Position numbers and translations under genes: made by a program
Notes under the pieces: generated by a model
What the model saw: the letters and a program-made list of their open reading frames with translations, nothing else
The model's database searches: none
What the model was told of the DNA's origin: nothing
Shown here: positions 55,136-64,000 of the stretch, piece by piece
Layout of the letters: every line of letters begins with the position of its first letter
Position numbering within the stretch: the stretch's first letter is position 1
Assembly (NCBI RefSeq): GCF_006345805.1
Contig: NC_043001.1
Coordinates: 97,836,001 to 97,900,000, forward strand
Length of the DNA: 64,000 nt
Direction of reading: 5' to 3'
Origin: Octopus sinensis
Lineage: Eukaryota

Positions 55136-55815
55136 CTATATATAATATTTCACTACCACTGAGAAATAGCTGTACAAAAATGGAGGAAATGCGTGACATT
55201 TTCATTGTGAGTAGAAAATGTGAAGTAATTTAATTTTTAACATTTCCGTATGACAACAATCTTTTAAAACAAATGAGTAAAGTGTATCTTTGTTAACCTT
55301 AATTGCACATTAGTAAAACAGGAAAATATGCAAACTAGTACTATTCATAAGGCATAGTAGCGCAACAAACGCTAACTAAACTGCACAGACACACACACAC
55401 ACATGCACACACACTCACACGCACACACACACACATGCACACACACTCACACGCACACACACATGTATGTGTACCTATATATATGCATATACATATATAT
55501 GCATATACATATATATGCGTATTTCTGTGGATATATATATGCGTGTATGTATTTATAAATATATGTATGCGTAGTTTTATGCATCTGTATTTGAAGACAC
55601 ACACATATACATACATACATACATACATATATGTATGTATGTATATAGTTATGTATGCATATACCTATGCACTCACTGGCATATACATACACATATGTTT
55701 GAGTGACGTAATGCTCGTACGCACGCTTTCTAAATGTGTGCTTGCGTGAGTGTATGTGTGTGCGTGGGTTTATGTGTATATGTGTGTGTGTATGAGTGTT
55801 TACTCATTCCAATAT

Positions 55816-55857
<42 letters not shown>

Positions 55858-56274
55858 AAGCAATAGTAACCACAATGATATATTTGCTGTACAACACGCT
55901 TGTTTTTCGACGTATGCGATTATTTATATATGAAAAATAACCTTATTTCTCTTGTGAATTGGCTTTTTTAGATTTCTATCACCAAATATTAATGTGCGAC
56001 TGTACAGAAACATATGCATATCTTAAAAATACATATATGCTGTCGATGTACGTGAAATTGCAAAGCACGTGACTATGTTACGTGATATAGTAGCTATGAC
56101 ATTTAGGTTACACGCATTCACAGTTTTCATATTGAATTATAGATAATATAGCAAAAGTCACTAACATATCTTTCAGTTCCAATCATATTCTCTTTCACGT
56201 TTTCTCCCAGCTCTCTCTCTCTCTCCTTATTTTCTATTAATTATTTACATTTTTACTGTCCTCGTTTTAACTGT

Positions 56275-56434
56275 ATTAGCTGTGTGGTAAGATGCTTGGT
56301 CTAGAAACACATAGGTCCGGGCCCAGTCCCACCTCTTATGGCTCCTTGGGAAAGTGTCTTCTACTATAGTCCCGGGCTGACGAAATACTTCTAAATGGTT
56401 TTTTTCGTGGGAAACTGAAAGAAGCCCGTCATAT

Positions 56435-56520
<86 letters not shown>

Positions 56521-56686
56521 CTATGTTTCTCCCCCAACCATCGCTTGACAACCGATGTTGGTGTGGTTACATTCCCGTAACTTAGCGGTTCAGCAAAGGG
56601 TATCGATAAAATAATTTCGTGACTTACAAAGAAGAGGTCGCGGTATCAACTTATTCGACTACAGGCAGTGTTCCAGCATGGCCGCA
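56275..56686 (+). mobile_element. SINE family C, diverged
   Basis: gctgtgtggtaagatgcttg head, ttgggaaagtgtcttctactatag core, internal microsatellite, ttccagcatggccgcag tail. Confidence 0.85.
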
Positions 56687-57362
56687 GAAGCATTAAAATT
56701 CTGGCTGGAAAAGTACCCCAAAGTACTTCCGGAACACATAAACTAGGTTTTTAGTGTTGAAACTTTAAAATTTATACTTCAGAACAATTATTTCCTATTC
56801 GATGCTATTTTCAAAAACGCAGAATTGCGATCGTAACGGAAGAAGCATCTGTTCTTGCAAACTTAATAATGCGATATTTTGAATTCACCATATATGAAGT
56901 TCCACTGAAAAAATATGGATCTCCATTTCACCACTAAAGAAAATAGAACCGAAAAAAGATATTCGAATTATTGTTTCACCCTTTCCAAAGGATACCATTG
57001 ATAAACTTTTGGAATTTAAATCAATATTAAATAATATAAACCCTAACATTCAATTTTCAATGAAATATAGCAAAGAACAGTCCCCTGTCTTAGATATTAC
57101 GATAAAAAAGTCAGCAATCAAATATTAACTGACATTTGTCATAAACCAACGAACTCGAAACAATATCTCCTGTTTAGCTCATATCACCCGAAACCCATCA
57201 AAAGAAATATCCCTTTTCACTTAGCAAAAAGGATTTGTATAATAGTGTCAAAAGGAAATACTCGGGATCTCCGTTTTTACGACCTCAGAACAACACTAAC
57301 TGAAAGACAATATCCACCCTCACTTATAGATGATGGAATTAAGCGTGCTAAGAAATTAGGCA
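56687..57362 (+). pseudogene. Penelope-like element reverse transcriptase fragment (core to thumb), frameshifted
   Basis: LKFILQNNYFLFD, VLANLIMRYFE, LNNINPNIQFSMKYSKEQSPVLDITI, TDICHKPTNSKQYLLFSSYHPKPIKRNIPFHLAKRICIIVS, LRTTLTERQYP match typical PLE RT and thumb motifs. Confidence 0.88.
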
Positions 57363-58291
57363 TTTAAACGCTTAGCTTAACTTTTTATGTGGACCACTTA
57401 CTAATGAATCCAAAAGTTATAAGCACCACAGGATTAATGTTATACAGTTGACCTCGTCATTTATGCAACTTATGAAATTTACTATATCTTTGTTCTTAAA
57501 ACTCATCCTAATATATTTCTCCAGGTAACGAAAAGAAAGTAAAAAAATTTAAATAGTGAAGCTTATATTCAGGACATGAAAGCATAATCGAATATATTAG
57601 GATAGCAAACCTCTTAATAAACCGAAGTACCAGAAAATCATTTTTTGCGGATAGTTACACGAATAATCTCGTTAATCCTTACATGTAACTGTCAAATTTT
57701 GTAATTTTAGTATTTGAACGTTCTGTGACACAATCTGCATAATATGTCAGAATGCCCGGTCATTACTTCATCGGCAGGTATTAATATCATGAAACCATCT
57801 CTTAATATACAAACAGAATAAATAGCATATCAATATCGATCCGTATATAATTCTGGAAATATTGATAACTTCTGCATCAATTGATCTGAACTACACATTA
57901 ACAAAAACATTTATATAATTACGTAAAAACATTTCACCCTTAAAATGATCCTCCTTAGCAGGCGATCAGAAATCTTTTTTAGCATACAGCATAATAAGGG
58001 TTTCTATAGTTCCGACGAAAGTTTTATCGAGTTGCATAGAAGCTAAACACTTGTAGAGCGTGATGTATGTAAACTTCCATCCCGAGTGACAGACATCACA
58101 AAAGTCAGTAAAACCATAAACCAAGGGGATAATAAGTATAACTGAGGAGGAAATATGTTCCATGAGCCACGATTATCTAAATATTATCCAAATACAGTTA
58201 GATTTTATTAGTTATGCTTTGGCCACTATCTACAAGATTATGCATCGAATAACATCTTACCCAAAATAAAACACTTTTTAAATTGTATTGC

Positions 58292-58466
58292 TAGGAGTTG
58301 CTGTGTGGTAAGTAGCTCGCTTACCAACCACATGGTTCCGGGTTCCGTCCCACTGCGTGGCACCTTGCGCAAGTGTCTTTTGCTATAGCCTCGGACCGAC
58401 CAAAGCCTTCTGAGTGGATTTGATAGACGGAAACAGAAAGAGCCCGTCGCATATATGTATACACAC

Positions 58467-58516
<50 letters not shown>

Positions 58517-58742
58517 GTGTCTGTCTGTGTGTATGTTTATGTGTCTGTGTTTGTCCCCCCAATATCACTTGACAACCGATGCTGGTGTGTTTACGTCCCT
58601 GTAACGTAGCGTTTCGGCAAAAGAGACCGATGAAATAAGTACTAGGCTTACAAAGAATAAGTCCTGGAATCTATTTGCTCGACTAAAGGCGGTGCTCCAG
58701 CATGGCCACAGTCAAATGACTAAAACATGTAAAAGAGTAATT
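58292..58742 (+). mobile_element. SINE family C, full length
   Basis: aggagttgctgtgtggtaagtagc...ggcggtgctccagcatggccacagtcaaatgactaaaacatgtaaaagag. Confidence 0.92.
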
Positions 58743-59012
58743 ACCGTAACTTAATAATATGCGCTACTCCATATTAATACATATACATACATATGTCCAT
58801 AAATACGCTCTTATGTGAGTGTGTCTCTGTGTCTGTGTGTGTATTTGTTTTGACATAATATGAATTTGGGAACATGAAATAACGTAAAATAATTCGCTTT
58901 GGAATGGTGAACATCAAAGCAGATAAAGCTATAAACAATAACTCGTAAATATTGATTTAAAAGTTATTTTGTTAGAAGAAATCGAAAGCTAGAATGCCCT
59001 TGTGTGCAGTAT

Positions 59013-59209
59013 TCAGGACTTGTGTTTTACGGGCACCATTTTAATTTTCTTTTGCAAACTATTTTTCCTCGGGATTGACACATTTATAGCTTCTTTTGCT
59101 TCGAGTTCCAACGAGGTATTTTGCTTCGAGTTTGAATGTAAAAGCCCAGTTTGTTCGCCGGTAGGCTGCGCTTTGTCACGGTGGAGCTGAGCGCCGGGTT
59201 TTAAAACGC
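59013..59209 (-). CDS. Candidate coding exon in a CpG-rich unique island, product unknown
   Basis: Acceptor gttgtcttgcttgttttcAG at 59210; open frame (G)VLKPGAQLHRDKAQPTGEQ...KIKMVPVKHKS*. Confidence 0.25.
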
Positions 59210-59967
59210 CTGAAAACAAGCAAGACAACTCCGCCCAGACGCCATACGGGATCGATGGACATCGATATTTCGACTTTTCTTTTTTGTGGTTTATCAACAT
59301 CACTGTTGATAAAGTGAACTGAATTGTCTGTCCATGACTATATATAAAATGGTGTAAAAACCATCAGCAAGTAAGCCCAGACAGTGCATACATAGAAAGA
59401 ATTTCAAGTTATATTATTCATACATATCTATACACGCGCATACATGTATAAGTATATGCGTGTAAGCGTGCATGCTTGTTTGTGCGTGTGTGCTTGAATG
59501 TGAGTAACTGCATGCGTGTGTGTGTGTGTGTGTAATCTTGATGCATTCCATTAAAATGTCAAATCGAAAAGAATTGGTTTGACAAGCAAGATGGATTAAG
59601 TATTGTTACTGGGAAAGTGACATGTCACTCTAACATCTAATATGGCTAATATTTTCTTACAGTTATCTAAAAGAAGCAATTTTCCGCCACACATAAATAT
59701 CACATTCGATTCATTTTGAATAATCGGTTGATAGAATTAATCTTGGGTGTTAGCCTTTATCCTAGTTTTTAGAATTTATCCATCGCCCTGTTTAACACAG
59801 CGACCTGTCAATTCATGTGTCTTTAGAAGATGGGTCAACTCTTTTGGAATCCTACTGGACAGATTCCTTATTAGTGGGTTGCTCCATCCATCCTCTCAAG
59901 TAGGTTAGCTGATCCTGCAAATATCATAGGCTTTCTGATTTTTATTATGTCTACTCTTCTATCTAGT

Positions 59968-60300
59968 GAAGGCGCATAGCTCAGTGGTTAGAGCGTCGAG
60001 CTTATGATCGTGAGGTAGTGAGTTCGAATCCCGGACCGGGCTGCGTGTTGTGTTCTTGAGCAAAACACTTTATTTCACGTTGCTCCAGTTCACTCAACTG
60101 TAAAAATGAGTGCGACGTCACAGGTGCCAAGCAGTATCGGCCTTTGCCTTTTCCTTGGATAACACTGGTGACGTGGAGAGGGGAGGCTAGTATGCATGGG
60201 CGACTGCTGGTCTTCCATAAACAACCTTGCCCGGACTTGTGCCTGGGAGGGTAACTTTCTAGGTGCAATCCCATGGTCAGTCATGACCGAAGGGGATCTC
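59968..60300 (+). mobile_element. tRNA-derived SINE family A
   Basis: Close match to 20772-21110; canonical B-box gttcgaatcc. Confidence 0.9.
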
Positions 60301-60339
60301 AACTCAACTCAACTCTTCTATCTTTTATTTCAGACATGT

Positions 60340-61112
60340 TTCAGTCATCACAAAGCGGTTATGCTGGAGCAACGCCTAGGAGAATTTATTCGAACGAATC
60401 CAGTCCAGTAGTTAACTATTTTTAGCTTAGTACTTATTCTTATTCTATCTTGCAGAACCGCAATTTTACGTGGACATAAACACACTAGTACCGGTTATCA
60501 AGCGGTAGAGAGTGACAAACACAGACAGAAAAACACACACGGATCTATATATGAAGGGCTCTTTTCAGATTCCATCTAAACATGCACACACAATGCTTTG
60601 GTTTGCCCAAGGCTAGAGTAGAAGATACTTGCACCTGGTACTATGCAGTGAGACTAGGCCTGGAGTCATGTAGTTTCTAATCAAGCTTCTTACCACTCAG
60701 CCAAATCTATTTATTTTTTTAAACTTTTTTACTTGTTTAAGTCATTTGACGACGGCCATGATGGAGCACCGCCTTTAGTCGAGCAAATCGACCCCCAGGC
60801 CTTATTCTGTGTAAGGTTTCCTTTGTAGAACCGCTAAGTTACGGGGACGTAAACACACCAGCATCGGTTGTCAAGCGATGTTGGGGTGGGGGGCAAACAC
60901 ACACACACACACAAATATATACACACACATAAATATATACATATGTACGATGGGCGCCTTTTAGTTTCCGTCCACCAAATCCACTGACAAGGCTTTGACC
61001 GGCCCGAGGCTATAGTAGAAGACACTAGCCCAATGTGCCACGCAGTTAGACGGAACCCGGAACCATGTTGTTCGTAAGCAAGCTACTCACTACACAGCCA
61101 CTCCTACGCCTA
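60340..61112 (-). mobile_element. Two adjacent family C SINEs (diverged 60340-60715; 60725-61112)
   Basis: Family motifs in both. Confidence 0.82.
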
Positions 61113-62344
61113 TATTGTGAAACACAACTAAAGGTTATCTGCAATTTCATGGAGACAGGGGTCAATGAAACCAAAATTTATATTCGTTAAAGTAAAGGAT
61201 ATGAGCAACGAGAATGTAATTGTAACATCGGTTACGTTCTATGCATGAAACGACAATTGCTTTACAAATTTTCTTGTGCACTGAATCAAAACGACAACCA
61301 TTATTTGCATGTAAGTGCGTCAGTGGAGAGTAGAGTGCGCGGGTGTAAGCGTTCATTTATGTAAGCCTCAGTGCTTTCATATTTTTCGTGTGGGTGTAAT
61401 ATGTGTGTGTGTGTGGATATCAAGATATATTTCCGTTGATTCTGTATGTCTCAAATTATAAATTATTGATTTCTAACATTCACGCGATATTGATTTCTTA
61501 CTTTAAAGTCTAAATTATTAAAACTTGATCATATTTGAATTAAATAAACTAATAAGCAGTTGTGAAATTAAAAAAATATATATATATATATGTAAATAAA
61601 TAAAGGAAAAGAAAAGAAAGCAAACTAAAATCCAGAACTTTATTTTGTACCTTTTATTTCTGTGAAGTTAATTGAAAATATAAAGCTTAAATCCACTTTT
61701 ACTCATAAAATGAGAATTGCATGCAATATGGATAATACATTTACACTCCTCATAAATGAAAATTACGGTAAAATGCACTTAAATATTCCGTTCAGATCTG
61801 TGGATCAAAGTCTATAAATTGTCTGTAGCTATTAATAATGAGTTAAGCCATATATTAATGAGTTAAGCCATATAATAATCAAAGATAAGCCATATTCGTA
61901 TCGTTTCCACATGCGTGAACGTTTCATACTAAACTATAGAATAATTTATATTATTTTTGATTTACTAGTTTTGTTGTCTTGTTCAGTTTTTGTGCATAAA
62001 ACATGACAGATCATACATTTATTTTATCTAGTATATTTTAGGAGTAGTTTATTTCTACGTATGTTGCCTTAAACTATTCAATTTCCCAACATTCCATGAC
62101 CTTTAAAGAAGTTAATTTCTTTGAAGTCCATGGAAAATTGGTAATGTGAATCATCAATAAGAAATAATTGACTAATAAAAAAAATAAATAAATGTCATTT
62201 ATTAATGTTGGAAAATTTGAATAAGTTCGCATGCCGTAAGGAGACGAGGTAACTGACATTTTAGTAATACCCTTTCTCGAGGAGAAAAAGGTTTCTCTTG
62301 TCAAATTTTTTAAACGTTCAGAGTTCTACGTAGTTATAGTTCTA

Positions 62345-62600
<256 letters not shown>

Positions 62601-62844
62601 GTTGATGTCGATACTGATGTTATACTCACTGTTGTCTTCTTTGTGCTGGCCCAAATAAACAGTAATGAAGTAGAATAATGAAACACAGTTAGTCGACAGA
62701 TCTGTTTAAAAGTGGATTCACTTAGTCACCAGCATAGATTATTGACTCACCTTTATAGATTATGTATTAAACTGTTTAACATTTCTAGTCACTAATTTCA
62801 TTTTGGGTTAATCCGTACAAATAGATTTGCGTGTTTCCATTAAG

Positions 62845-63285
62845 TATTCGTGGTCTGGTCAATAATAATCCGGACTATTGTCATTCTAACCAAGCTAAAG
62901 CACACAAAATAAAGTCGTTGTTTGGCACAAATTGACCTTAACCACTGCTGTGCCTGTGCTGTAAGTTTTAACGTTCTAGCTTGCTTCCGCTATTTACAGC
63001 ACTGCTTGGAAGGGACATGTGTAGCGTGTGATCGTCGCATTGACTATGACAGATAAAGATGAGCAGAGAATATGCATCAAAAGCTTGGTGATACTTGCTC
63101 AGATGTCAACACAAAATTTTCGATATAGTTTTCAGCATTCTCGACACAGTCGAAGAGAACTTGTGCAACAGAAACCCGGGTGTCTTCTTGGTCAGCTGGA
63201 AGCAGTTTGGGCACAAACTTAGCAGACACACATCTCATACCCAAATCTTCAGTCATAAGTTTGCAAGGCAGTGTTAGACATTGTT
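62845..63285. mobile_element. Mariner remnant: plus-strand 5' end joined to an inverted internal transposase piece
   Basis: Plus strand MTDKDEQRICIK..KLGDTCSD; minus strand LMTEDLGMRCVSAKFVPKLLPADQEDTRVSVAQVLFDCVEN at ~63120-63270. Confidence 0.82.
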
Positions 63286-63309
63286 AATAGTGTCAATAAA
63301 AAACGCTAC

Positions 63310-63665
63310 GCTGGATCAGAGACATGGCAAGCCCAGCTGACAACAAGGTATGCGATAAGAAAGAAAGAAAAGTCGAGAGATATGATAGGTTAGGAAGTTA
63401 AGCAATTGTGGTCGGTGATAAAGGTAGCAGTAGTACCAATAATTGTCGGAGCCCTCGGAACAATGACAAAAAATCTCGGAACAAATAGTGGCTGCAGAAA
63501 GGGTGGAGCACTTGCAGAAAACAGCACTGCTTGGAACCGGTCGAATAATCCGGGAGGTGCTCGAAAAATAAGAGATGTTACCTTAGTTCACTGGTAGTGA
63601 ACAGCTGACACTGTAATACATTTCCAGCATTAGAAGCTGTGCAAAGGCAATATGAATAATAATAT
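63310..63665 (+). mobile_element. 3' end of an R4/Dong-clade LINE (REL endonuclease C-terminus plus UTR)
   Basis: DMASPADNKVCDKKERKVERYDRL..EVKQLWSVIKVAVVPIIVGALGTMTKNL...LQKTALLGTGRIIREVLEK*. Confidence 0.82.
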
Positions 63666-64000
63666 TACTTTGTTAGACAGTGTTAGTCCACGGGCTAAAT
63701 AATGTTATGTGCTCACATGAATACTTAAAATTTGATTGCTTAATACGAAGACATAAACAATATGGCGAAAAGCGTTATCCTAGAAATATGAAGCAGAAGT
63801 GACAATTACCCACATACTGGGATGTTTAACAGTCTATGTAAGTGCAAATTCAAAAATATCTATTCTCCTCGAACATGTACTTTAAAGATTTCTGTATTTG
63901 TTCTTCACGTGACAAAATGAAAAAAAAAATGATTATTGTTGTCGTACTATTATTGTTAATGTAACTGTTGCTCCTGTTAATAATGTTGTGGTTTTTGCTA

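Overview
AT-rich, repeat-dominated eukaryotic DNA, probably intronic or intergenic. The SINE families, dense microsatellites and TE spectrum suggest a cephalopod such as Octopus (inference from recognised repeats, no search run). No host protein-coding gene could be identified; most long ORFs in the supplied track are translated microsatellites. Supported content: about four tRNA-derived SINE families (Nin/Deu-domain SINEs are commonest and often multimeric), decayed mariner transposase genes, a Tigger/pogo-like element carrying a nested 8-bp-TSD MITE, R4/Dong-type LINE remnants and a Penelope-like (PLE) RT fragment. The main finding is several sequence-unrelated short repeats, sitting at (TA)n tracts and arranged as inverted or tandem repeats, that carry type I hammerhead ribozyme (HHR) folds with tiny palindromic helix III. 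The cleanest are at 28.3/28.5 kb (fully canonical, one per strand), 16.6 kb and 43.9 kb. Folds were derived by eye and activity is untested.
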